Source: Nitrospirales bacterium (GTDB lineage: Bacteria > Nitrospirota > Nitrospiria > Nitrospirales > UBA8639). From it: DNA of 64,000 nt. Position numbers and translations under genes: made by a program. Positions 54,316 to 63,582 of the stretch are shown here, piece after piece. Each line of letters begins with the position of its first letter. Positions within the stretch are counted from its first letter, which is position 1. The notes beneath the pieces were generated by a model. That model saw nothing but the letters and a program-made list of their open reading frames with translations, ran no database searches and was not told the DNA's origin. The stretch is from positions 1,856,001 through 1,920,000 of the forward strand of contig CBDCWC010000003.1 of NCBI GenBank assembly GCA_965223295.1, given 5' to 3'.

Positions 54316-56118
54316 ATGATGAAACTACGACTAGCCATGGCTCAAATGAATGCCGTTGTTGGTGATCTTGAGGGAAATACTCGGGCTATTTGTCGATGGA
54401 TTCGTGAGGCTCAAAAAGCGAAAGCCGATGTCATTGTATTCCCCGAATTGGCTGTGGCGGGATATCCTCCCGAAGATCTTCTTCTCATGCCGCAGTTTCT
54501 TCGAGATGTCCACCGAAAGCAACAACAAATTGCTAAGGCATCCAAGGGTCTGATGACGGTCGTCGGAAGTGTTGGCATGCCTACGAAAACAAACCTACGG
54601 ACCAAAATCAAATCTAGTCCGACGACTTCTGTCGAATTACAAAAGCCATTGAATGTTGCATGGATATTTGGAAAAGGTCGATTAGTCGGGAGTTATGCCA
54701 AGCAGAATCTTCCCAATTATGGGGTCTTTGATGAACAGCGGTATTTTCAGGAAGGCAAAGGGAATCCAATTTTTTGCTTAGGGCCGATTCGAGTAGGCAT
54801 CAATATTTGCGAGGATATTTGGTTTCCCAATGGGCCAGTTAGCGGGCAAGTGACGATGGGAGGCGCGCACATTATCTTGAATATGAATGCTTCACCCTAT
54901 CATATTGGAAAAACACGTTCTCGACGACGTATGTTGGTAGAACGTGCGAAAACCCACAGAGTGTTTATGAGTTATACGAATATGGTAGGGGGACAGGATG
55001 AATTAGTTTTTGATGGGAATAGCATCGTACTTGACCCTCAAGGACAACTAATCGCTCAAGCAAAGGCCTTTGAAGAAGATCTGATCCTTGCTGATTTAGA
55101 GATTCCTAACGCAGCGCAACAACAACTCGATCGGTTGCGAAAATCTTCGCCTGCAAAAAAAAAGGCGAGGATTTCCTTCATCAGCATTCCTTGGAAACAT
55201 GTCGATTCGAAAGAGTTCCTTCCTTCGGCAACAAAAATGTCACGATCCATGGGCGAATTGGAGGAAGTTTATCGAGCCTTAGTGCTGGGCGTGAAAGACT
55301 ACGTCAGAAAAAATTCGTTCTCTAAGGTTTTGATTGGGATCAGTGGAGGTATTGATTCAGCGTTGACCGCGCTCATTGCCCGGGATGCTCTGGGTGCCGC
55401 TGCGGTCGTGGGCGTGATGATGCCATCTCCTTACACTTCGTCAATCAGCAAGTACGATTCAAAAGTCCTGGCAAATAACTTAGAAATTGAACTGTTGACG
55501 ATCCCCATTACGAACCTCTTTAAACCTTTCCTGCGTGAGTTACACACGTTTTTTAACGGGTACCCTTTAAACACTACGGAAGAAAATTTGCAGGCCCGTA
55601 TTCGAGGTACTCTGTTAATGGCCCTTTCAAATAAGTTTGGCTATCTTGTTTTGACGACAGGCAATAAGAGCGAAATGAGTGTGGGGTATGCCACGTTGTA
55701 TGGGGATATGGCGGGTGGTTTTGCCGTGATTAAAGATATTCCTAAAATGCGTGTGTACCAGTTAGCACGATGGAGGAGTGAATATGAAGGGTCAGGTTTT
55801 GACCGAGTGAGATTTCCAGAAAGAATTCATGTGCGGGCTCCGTCCGCAGAATTACGAGCGAATCAGGAAGATCAGGATTCATTGCCGCCCTACTCTGAGT
55901 TAGATCCTATTCTAGAGGCCTATGTTGAACGAAATTTTTCAAAAAGTCGTATTGTACAGTTAGGCTACTCTGCTCGAACTGTGCAAAAAGTGATACGGCT
56001 TGTAGATAGCAATGAATACAAACGTCGCCAGGCACCAATAGGTATTAAGATCACGGCTCGGGCTCTAGGAAAGGATCGACGGATGCCAATTACCAATCGA
56101 TATGTTCCAAAGAAATGA
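54316..56118 (+). CDS. nadE: Glutamine-dependent NAD+ synthetase
   Basis: Nitrilase domain (FPEL, KQNLPNY, ICEDIW) and synthetase (ISGGIDS, ENLQARIRG, TGNKSE, PSAEL). Confidence 0.95.
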   Translation: MMKLRLAMAQMNAVVGDLEGNTRAICRWIREAQKAKADVIVFPELAVAGYPPEDLLLMPQFLRDVHRKQQQIAKASKGLMTVVGSVGMPTKTNLRTKIKSSPTTSVELQKPLNVAWIFGKGRLVGSYAKQNLPNYGVFDEQRYFQEGKGNPIFCLGPIRVGINICEDIWFPNGPVSGQVTMGGAHIILNMNASPYHIGKTRSRRRMLVERAKTHRVFMSYTNMVGGQDELVFDGNSIVLDPQGQLIAQAKAFEEDLILADLEIPNAAQQQLDRLRKSSPAKKKARISFISIPWKHVDSKEFLPSATKMSRSMGELEEVYRALVLGVKDYVRKNSFSKVLIGISGGIDSALTALIARDALGAAAVVGVMMPSPYTSSISKYDSKVLANNLEIELLTIPITNLFKPFLRELHTFFNGYPLNTTEENLQARIRGTLLMALSNKFGYLVLTTGNKSEMSVGYATLYGDMAGGFAVIKDIPKMRVYQLARWRSEYEGSGFDRVRFPERIHVRAPSAELRANQEDQDSLPPYSELDPILEAYVERNFSKSRIVQLGYSARTVQKVIRLVDSNEYKRRQAPIGIKITARALGKDRRMPITNRYVPKK

Positions 56119-58834
56119 TGTCTTTTTAAAGACACATGTCATGACAAATGATCATTCACTTTCTGTGTCTCATTCCGTTGCTGGTTCCCAGAGTCTGGAG
56201 GAACAACGCGAATTTTTGCATGAACGACTGAGGGAAGGAGCATCTGGCGGAGAAATTGTACAAGCATTTTCGGACTTTATGGATGCGCTCTTGATCGGAC
56301 AATTTCGAGAAGTGGTTCAGCAAAGCCATCCTGACATTCGAGCGAATTGGCAGCAATGTTGTTTGGTGGCCATGGGGGGGTATGGCCGTCGAGAGTTGGC
56401 CCCTTATTCGGATATTGATGTGATGGTCTTGACCCAAGGCAATCAATCTGAAGTTGCTGACACCATTTCCAAAGGCGTGTTTCATCATTTATGGGATTTA
56501 GGTTTTCAGGTAGGGCATAGTGTACGTTCCATCGAGGAGTGCCTTGAGATGGGGTTCGCAGATCTTCCAACGTGTACATCGTTGATGGAGTCCAGGTTTT
56601 TAGGTGGCAATCCAGAAGTTTTTCAGGAGTTTCAGAAAAAGTTTAGCCGGCGAATTCTCAAACGACAGGCCAAGCAATTTGTTCTGGGTAAAATAGAGGA
56701 GCGACAAAAGGAATATGCCAAATTTGGGGAAACCGTTTTTTTACTGGAACCCAATATCAAGAAAAGTAAAGGCGGGTTGCGGGATCTCCACTTGATTCAA
56801 TGGGTGGGCCAGGCCCGCTATGAAGCTGGAACCATCCAAGAGTTGTCTAATCGAGGAATATTGGCCTTTCAAGATTATCAAGTGCTGCACGATGCGCAAG
56901 AATTTCTGTGGCGGCTCAGAGGATTTCTGCATTTTGAGGCCAAGAGAGCTCAGGATATTTTGACCTTTGACGATCAAGTTCGACTTGCAGCCATCTATGG
57001 CTTATCGGATCGTCCCAATCTGCTAGCTGTCGAACAGTTTATGCAACAGTATTTTCTCCATACCACTGGATTACATGATCGATGCATCCGATTTCTTGAG
57101 CAGGCAGAGGAACGTTCATGGGTTGAACGAGTGCGGCAGTGGTGGCCTAATGTACTAATTGAGGGGAATTTTCGAATAGAAGATCAAAAGCTGACCATTC
57201 TTCCGGAAAAGTTGCATGATGTTTTGGAAAGCCCTGTTCAACTTCTTCGACTCTTTGAAATTTCCCAAGATCAAGTGGTCCCCATTGAATCAAAGATTTT
57301 GAATGAATTGTCCCAGCATTTAGTCACCGTACCTAATGAACGATTTCATACGAATGAAGTGAGCAGTCTATTTCGGAACATTCTCAATCGTCCTGGTCGG
57401 ATTGGGAAAACGCTAGAAGCTATGCATCAGGCCAGTTTTTTGGAGAAACTTGTTCCTGCCTTTGCCCGAGTTCGGGGACTCATGCAATTTAACCAGTACC
57501 ATAAATATACGGTTGATGAGCATAGTCTGTTAGCCGTGAAAGAAGCTGAGCGATTGCAACAAGATGAAGGGATGATTGGAGAGGTCTATCGTCAGATCCA
57601 AGACAAGGATATTTTACATTTAGCTGTGTTGTTGCATGATTTAGGAAAAGGGCGACCTGGGGATCATAGTAAAATTGGGCAAGAAATTGCCCACAACTTG
57701 GCTGATCGGTTGGAGCTGTCTTCACAAGATCGAGAGGTGTTGGCCTATCTGGTCTTTCACCACTTAGTGATGTCCCATACTGCATTTCGCCGAGATTTAA
57801 ACGACCCTAAAATCATTCTAACTTTTGCAAGGAAAATGAAAACCGTAGAAGTCCTTCAAAAAATGTTCGTCCTGACGGTCGCTGATATTTCAGCCGTGGG
57901 TCCCGAAGTCATGACCAAATGGAAAGAATCACTGTTGGGAGAACTCTATGCCCGTACTTATGAAGTCTTGGTAGAGGGGAATCATTCTTCTCAAGCCACA
58001 GATGAAAAGCTATTCCGACAACCTGTTATGCAGAAAGCGCTTCTTGAAGCCATGGCTACTCTGCGAGGAGAATCTTCTATGCCAATATCGGAATGGCCTT
58101 CATGGGTGGAGGAGCAATGTTCACAATTACCAGATTGGTATATTACCTCCACGCCAGTTGAGCAAATAGCTTCCCATCTTCTTGCCGTGGAAAATTTATC
58201 TTCTACACCAACCCATGTCGAGGGACGATTTAATGAGGAATTAGGCGTTTCAGAATATGTGCTGATTACGCGAGCCCAAGCAAAACCAGGTCTTTTTATG
58301 CAAGCCACCGGAGTGTTAGCTGCCTTCCGGTTAGAAGTGTTGAATGCTCAGATCATGACATTAGCTGATGGCACGGTGCTGGATATTTTTTCTGTGAATG
58401 ATCCTGATTGTGAAGGCCAGCCTTCGTCGTTGCGATTGAGTGAAGTTTCTCAAGAAATCCAGGCAGTGGTGCAGGAAGGATATTCCATCGAGCAAGTTTT
58501 CGGACGCCGACGCCGTATGAGGTTTGGTCGGCAGTTTCCAACTGGACGGCACCCGACTGAAGTGCTCATTCATAATGAAGTCTCTGATGCTTATACGGTC
58601 ATTGATGTCTTTGCGGACGACAAACCCGGGCTCTTATTCGAATTAGCCAAAACATTAGTGAAGCTCGATCTCTCCATCCATATGGCCAGGATTGGTACCC
58701 GCTTGGATCAAGTTGTGGATGTGTTTTATGTGACGACTGGCCAGGGGGACAAAATTCGTTCTGGAGACCAGGAAGAGAAGATTCAGAATACCATTCAGAA
58801 ATCTGTCGAAATCTTTTTGGATGAAGGGTTATAA
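56102..58834 (+). CDS. glnD: [Protein-PII] uridylyltransferase/removase
   Basis: GGYGRRELAPYSDID, GGLRD, YTVDEH, LLHDLGK, two ACT domains; start may be 56141. Confidence 0.95.
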   Translation: MFQRNDVFLKTHVMTNDHSLSVSHSVAGSQSLEEQREFLHERLREGASGGEIVQAFSDFMDALLIGQFREVVQQSHPDIRANWQQCCLVAMGGYGRRELAPYSDIDVMVLTQGNQSEVADTISKGVFHHLWDLGFQVGHSVRSIEECLEMGFADLPTCTSLMESRFLGGNPEVFQEFQKKFSRRILKRQAKQFVLGKIEERQKEYAKFGETVFLLEPNIKKSKGGLRDLHLIQWVGQARYEAGTIQELSNRGILAFQDYQVLHDAQEFLWRLRGFLHFEAKRAQDILTFDDQVRLAAIYGLSDRPNLLAVEQFMQQYFLHTTGLHDRCIRFLEQAEERSWVERVRQWWPNVLIEGNFRIEDQKLTILPEKLHDVLESPVQLLRLFEISQDQVVPIESKILNELSQHLVTVPNERFHTNEVSSLFRNILNRPGRIGKTLEAMHQASFLEKLVPAFARVRGLMQFNQYHKYTVDEHSLLAVKEAERLQQDEGMIGEVYRQIQDKDILHLAVLLHDLGKGRPGDHSKIGQEIAHNLADRLELSSQDREVLAYLVFHHLVMSHTAFRRDLNDPKIILTFARKMKTVEVLQKMFVLTVADISAVGPEVMTKWKESLLGELYARTYEVLVEGNHSSQATDEKLFRQPVMQKALLEAMATLRGESSMPISEWPSWVEEQCSQLPDWYITSTPVEQIASHLLAVENLSSTPTHVEGRFNEELGVSEYVLITRAQAKPGLFMQATGVLAAFRLEVLNAQIMTLADGTVLDIFSVNDPDCEGQPSSLRLSEVSQEIQAVVQEGYSIEQVFGRRRRMRFGRQFPTGRHPTEVLIHNEVSDAYTVIDVFADDKPGLLFELAKTLVKLDLSIHMARIGTRLDQVVDVFYVTTGQGDKIRSGDQEEKIQNTIQKSVEIFLDEGL

Positions 58835-58864
58835 GTGAAGTTTTGTGTTTAGGCCAAAAGTTAT

Positions 58865-59068
58865 CATATTCCCGTGCTCACGTAGGTATCAGTACGCTCC
58901 CTCCGTGCGCAAAAGGCTGCGGCCTTCCCATCGACAGGCTCAGGGCAGGACTGGACGGACCCTTCGATCAACTCAGAGCAGGCTTTTTTGAACAGACCCG
59001 AGGCCGCTGACATGGTACGTTGCAGAGACGAAGTTTGGCTGTTGATATCATCATTATTCAACAAGCCC
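58865..59068 (-). mobile_element. MITE family 1, copy E (one end truncated, two REP-like inserts)
   Basis: CCGTGCTCACG...AGTACGCTCC...TTTTTTGAACAGACCC...TTATTCAACAAGCCC. Confidence 0.7.
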
Positions 59069-59117
59069 AAAACGTAAATCCTTATGTCAAATAAGATGAT
59101 CGTGTGAGAACAGTGTT

Positions 59118-60086
59118 CTATGGTCGATGAGTGAGTTCCCAATCTACTGCTGAATGAATAATTTCTTGGAGCTGGGAGGAGGTGGGTTTCCACGCTAGGG
59201 TGGACATTAGGGAGGAGGGGTCAGCAACCAACTGAGGAGGATCTCCCGGGCGTCGAGGCAGCGTTTCAATCGATGGCGTGACTGAGAGACGTTGGGCGAT
59301 AGCCTGAATCACTTGGAGAACAGAATGACCCCGGCCAGTTCCCACATTGAAATTGTACTGCCCTTTTAGATTGGTAGTCTCGATTGCTCTCACATGTGCG
59401 TCAGCGAGGTCCATGACATGGATATAGTCTCGAATGCAGGTGCCATCAGGTGTTGAGTAGTCACTCCCATATACCTGCACTGGTTTTTCTGAGCGAAGTG
59501 CTCGAATCACTCGAGGGATGAGGTGTTCTTCTGGATCATGCTGCTCGCCGACCTGCCACGACACATTAGCTCCAGAGGCATTAAAATACCGAAGCGCAAT
59601 GGAATTGAACTCCAATGCGCGGGCGCTTGCATGTAAGACTTGCTCAAATCCTAACTTCGAAGCCCCGTAGGGAGAGGTGGGGAGAAGTGCTGAGTGTTCT
59701 TGAATGGGAATTTGCGTTGCATTGCCGTACACAGCTGCCGTGGAAGAAAAGACAAATGACTGAATAGGAAATTGAGCACATGCCGTAAGAAGACTTGTGC
59801 TCGCACCAAGATTATTATTCCAATATTTATCAGGTTTCTGAACAGATTCTCCTACACTGATATACCCACCTAGGTGGATGATGGCCTCTGGGCGATGTTT
59901 TTTAAAGACGGACAGGACATGTTCTGTATCTTCAAGCGCGATTTTCTCAACAGGGAATTCCCCTGCTCGGCTTTCCACGGATGTTCGAAAATCATCAAGA
60001 ATGATAGGATGATGTTGCCGTTCTGCTAATGCACGTACCACATGTGCACCGATATAGCCAGCTCCTCCAGTGACAAGAACTTTCAT
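59118..60086 (-). CDS. galE: UDP-glucose 4-epimerase
   Basis: TGGAGYIG, SSTAAVYG, YGASK, LRYFNA, DGTCIRDYIHV. Confidence 0.93.
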   Translation of the reverse strand: MKVLVTGGAGYIGAHVVRALAERQHHPIILDDFRTSVESRAGEFPVEKIALEDTEHVLSVFKKHRPEAIIHLGGYISVGESVQKPDKYWNNNLGASTSLLTACAQFPIQSFVFSSTAAVYGNATQIPIQEHSALLPTSPYGASKLGFEQVLHASARALEFNSIALRYFNASGANVSWQVGEQHDPEEHLIPRVIRALRSEKPVQVYGSDYSTPDGTCIRDYIHVMDLADAHVRAIETTNLKGQYNFNVGTGRGHSVLQVIQAIAQRLSVTPSIETLPRRPGDPPQLVADPSSLMSTLAWKPTSSQLQEIIHSAVDWELTHRP

Positions 60087-60273
60087 GAAAGAGGTCTCCG
60101 TAAAGAAATACTGTTTCGTGAAGATTTGTAATAGTCGAGTTATTGTTTTCGGTTAATTATGAGGGCAAACTGCCTTTTTGAAAAATCTTGGGCTTAAAGC
60201 TTTCAATCAAGTATGTTTCGCATAGTGGCATCGGTTATGTCTAGCCTGTCTTGCAGTTACTGAAATCTAAGGT

Positions 60274-60473
60274 GGGTCTGTTGAAAAAATCCGCCAGCGG
60301 CGTTTTCACCATTTTCCCGTGCTCACGTGGGTGTCAGTACGCTCCGAGCGAAAAAATGGCTGTGGCCTTCCCTCGACAAGCTCAGAGCAGGACTGAATGG
60401 ACCAGATGACGCCGACATGGTACGTTGCAGATACAAAATTTGGCTGTTGATATCATCATTATTCAACAGTCCC
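60274..60473 (-). mobile_element. MITE family 1, copy F (one REP-like insert)
   Basis: GGGTCTGTTGAAAAAA...TTATTCAACAGTCCC; perfect 5-bp flanking repeat AAGGT. Confidence 0.85.
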
Positions 60474-60703
60474 AAGGTTTTTATGACGGCATTCAACCGT
60501 TGCCTATGACTATGAGGTACAGCTAGATGGTTACGAGAGGAGGTTGTAGGCTAAGAGTTCTTGAGTTTGCTGTTTTATCAAATTTGGGGAATATTCAATA
60601 AAGTAAACACTTTTGTTGACAAGGTGTTGCGCCTCCCGAGGCTCTAAGAAAATCACGAGTTTCATTATCATCTATGCACATAGGTGAGAAAGGAACATTA
60701 TGT

Positions 60704-60846
60704 GGACCCCTCTAAAAACTGTTCTTTTCCCCGATGGCGGCGTCAGCCGCGTGCTCAACTCCTCATGTATCGGCCTATACCCTGCGGTTTTCCGCGCGCC
60801 GCTTCCTTGCCCTCAGAAAAAAAATCTTCAGTTTTTAGAGGTGCCC
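60704..60846. mobile_element. MITE family 2 (143 bp)
   Basis: 18-bp TIR GGACCCCTCTAAAAACTG / CAGTTTTTAGAGGTGCCC (16/18), 4-bp duplication ATGT. Confidence 0.75.
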
Positions 60847-61264
60847 ATGTAGTCTCTCACATAAAGAAAGAAACCAACCGATTCTCTATGGTAACAACCG
60901 GGAGACAGCAAAACTAAAACGTGAAGAGTGGAGCCACCTACTGAATATTGGCCATTGCGATTATTCGCGAGAACCTCAGCTTTTTTATGAACTACCGAAG
61001 AGAAAAATCTTTTCTTCTCGCAAATTTTTTAGGAGCAATCCGTGAGGGCGTTAGTGCTTGTGAGGTAATGGCGATGCCGCAGTCGTTACACAACCAAAAG
61101 GCGCCGGTTGGAGCAAAAGTTGAACTTTGACAATGTGGGCAATGTGGGAATGACATGTCGATTTCCTTTCTTGTAAGAGTTAGGGGGCAGGTAAAGTTTT
61201 ACATTTCTAGCGCTTGTTCCTTGGGCTACCCATTTATCTACTTTTCTTCTTGGTGCCTTCCCCA

Positions 61265-62407
61265 TTACTTTCTTTGGACCGTGGTTAAGACCAGACCTGA
61301 AAAGAGAGGTTGTGAGACAGATGGCCGATTGGAGGGTGGGCAGTGGTCTAGATGTGTAGGAAAAGCAAAGATCATTCTTCCTGTCGTAGTTTGCATATAG
61401 CGTGAGACTTCAACATCAAGAACACGACCGATAGCGGGCGCGCCGTGGTCAATGACAACCATGGTCCCGTCATCCAAATGTGCAACACCTTGTCCTAAGC
61501 CTTGCCCCTCTTTTTGAACGAAGACTCTGATAATTTCGCCAGGTAAAACGAGAGGACGCAAGTGCTAGGTTAATTCATTCACATTTAGCGCTGTCACCTC
61601 TTGAACGTTAGCCACTTTGGCTAAGTTCCAATCGTTGGTCACAATTTTAGCCTGTCGATCTTTTGCAATCGCGATGAGTTGATGGTCGACGGCTAAATCT
61701 TGTGAATGGCGATCATTCACAATCACGACTTCCGGTTGGGAAAGTTGCTGAAGATCATTAAGAATTTCAAGTCCCCGCTTCCCCTTCGTTCGTTTTGAGG
61801 GATCGTCAGAGTCCGCGATGAAGTGAATTTCTCGTAAAACCAGTTCGGGAACGAGGAGCGGGCCTTCTAAAAATCCGGTTCTGCAGAGATAGAGCACTCG
61901 GCCATCTATGATGGCGCTCGAATCCAGCACTTTGGGAACGGAATGGATCGTCACATTCTGAAGGGGTGGACGACTTGAAGACTGATAAGGATTCAGCGAC
62001 GAAACCTGGCTCTCGGGTTGAGAAAAATACAATCCCAAGGTTAACCCGAGGTAAGGAAAAAGAAGGAGGCTAAAAGCTATGGCCCATGGATGAACTGAAG
62101 AATGGCCTAGGAGCCCTAAGGACCACGCTAGAAGGAGGAGACAGGTCCCCATCATGCCTATCATGAGACCTAAACTCCCACAAAAGATAGTAGAACGAGA
62201 ACAGGAGGTCAAATGAGTTTCTAGCCAAAGCACACAACATCCAACTGCAAATCCTAAGAAACCTCCAATTGTCAACCATTCCATTGCCGAAGAGGTAAAG
62301 CTCATAAAGAGTCCAGTAAAGGTACAGACGGTCAGATACGTCAGTCTGCCAATGGACAAAAAAGGATATGTTGAGAAAAGAGCCTTATTGAAGAAAAATT
62401 CTGACAC
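61265..62407 (-). pseudogene. YacL-like membrane PIN/TRAM protein interrupted by in-frame TAG at 61567-61565
   Basis: TM helices, VLDSSAIIDGR, TNDWNL, then NELT*HLRPLVLPGE continuing into TRAM (LDDGTMVV, QTTTGRMIFA) in the same frame. Confidence 0.8.
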
Positions 62408-62425
62408 CGTAGAAATTCCCTATTG

Positions 62426-62974
62426 TTAGCCAATCGTGTGTGACATGTGTTCAATTGCTGTTTGGGAGTCGGTGATCTGAGGGTGGGGACGGTGACCCAC
62501 GGTTGGTTTAGAGACGTACGTTGGCGAGCTCCGTAAAAAATCACTTTTGACAATGTCTAAGGCAGCGGAAACGCCTATCAGATTCAGATCATGAATGAGC
62601 CGAAATCTCAAGCGGTGGCCTTGGTCAAAAATTAAGGTTTCACAACGGTTGAGGCGGAGGGATGGTGTGAGATGGAACATCTTCTGGAGCCGACAGATGG
62701 GGTCGATAAAAAATGGAAGAGAAAAATCTTGCGGGGGACGAGTCCAGCCTTGTCCCAATACGGTATCTGTCGAAACCATAATGGCCAAAGTGGATTCAGA
62801 TTGCTCAAATTCTCGCCCTTGACTCTCCAGAAAATATGCATGAGTTTCCGTTAAGTCTGAAAGACAAATGAGAGCAAGCCCTTTTTCTTGAAAATCAGAC
62901 AGCGAGAGAAAAGAAAATTGGCCTTTGAATATGCAGGGAATTCTGATCGTTGGTGCTTTCATTCCTATCTTCAT
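62426..62974 (-). CDS. Degenerate AhpC/TSA (peroxiredoxin-fold) protein
   Basis: MKIGMKAP...LSLSDF...DP...R.ETLIFD...LRF..IHDL resembles AhpC; SD AAGGAG; no PxxxT/SxxC. Confidence 0.55.
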   Translation of the reverse strand: MKIGMKAPTIRIPCIFKGQFSFLSLSDFQEKGLALICLSDLTETHAYFLESQGREFEQSESTLAIMVSTDTVLGQGWTRPPQDFSLPFFIDPICRLQKMFHLTPSLRLNRCETLIFDQGHRLRFRLIHDLNLIGVSAALDIVKSDFLRSSPTYVSKPTVGHRPHPQITDSQTAIEHMSHTIG

Positions 62975-63072
62975 CAAACGTTCTCCTTCTGGTTTTCCGG
63001 AAAGGGGTTTCTCTGAAGCCATCGTGCGTGTATAAGGGTATTGAACGACTGTGTGAGAATTATTCAGCAAAT

Positions 63073-63312
63073 TTACCAGGGCCCGACCGGGATGTATTCG
63101 GTTGCTCCACAGTTCACGCACCTCATCACAAACCCAGAAAAATGAATGCCGATCACATGTTCACGAATAAACAAGCCAGAACATCGGATACATGATGTCG
63201 TTCGGTAAGAGTCAGATCGTGTTTTTTCAAGCGCGTCCTCGGTGGTGTCAGGAGAATATGCGCTGGCAGTGGGCAGTTGTGAGGCCCGGCCAAGTTTTAT
63301 CGTCTTGTACAT
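63073..63312 (-). CDS. Small CxxC...CxxC zinc-ribbon protein
   Basis: CIRCSG...RCVNCG; SD AAGGGAG before ATG 63312. Confidence 0.6.
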   Translation of the reverse strand: MYKTIKLGRASQLPTASAYSPDTTEDALEKTRSDSYRTTSCIRCSGLFIREHVIGIHFSGFVMRCVNCGATEYIPVGPW

Positions 63313-63335
63313 AAAAGATCTCCCTTGATTGCTCT

Positions 63336-63551
63336 TCACAGGAACTCATTTCCGGATGTATGAGAAGGAGAGAGTTTTTTCGTCAATGTCCAGGTTCGTT
63401 TGCATCGCGGACACCGAATTTCAATGCCCTTGGGGGTTTGTTTTGCGATCAACCGTCCGCAATGACAGCGTAAATCAGTATCCTGTGCGGAAGGTGAATC
63501 TGACCGCGTCGCGTCAATGAGTTTAGAAGGATTTGAATGACTCATTTTCAC
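63336..63551 (-). CDS. Com-like zinc-finger protein
   Basis: DLRCHCGRLIAK...IEIRCPRCKR, similar to the Mu Com family pattern. Confidence 0.65.
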   Translation of the reverse strand: MKMSHSNPSKLIDATRSDSPSAQDTDLRCHCGRLIAKQTPKGIEIRCPRCKRTWTLTKKLSPSHTSGNEFL

Positions 63552-63567
63552 ATTTTATTTTTGGTTT

Positions 63568-63582
63568 TGATTATTATTATCA
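63568..63582. promoter_or_regulatory. Fur-box-like operator
   Basis: TGATTAT-T-ATTATCA, 1 mismatch from TGATAAT-N-ATTATCA; minus-strand TTGACA at 63608-63603. Confidence 0.7.

Noticed and set aside
60226-60240. Possible sigma54 site TGGCATCGGTTATGT
   Set aside because: Lacks the conserved GC at -12 and points away from galE
8024-60473. Repeats considered as a CRISPR array or riboswitch
   Set aside because: Dispersed, both orientations, no repeat-spacer periodicity, no cas genes; TIRs and target duplications fit a MITE
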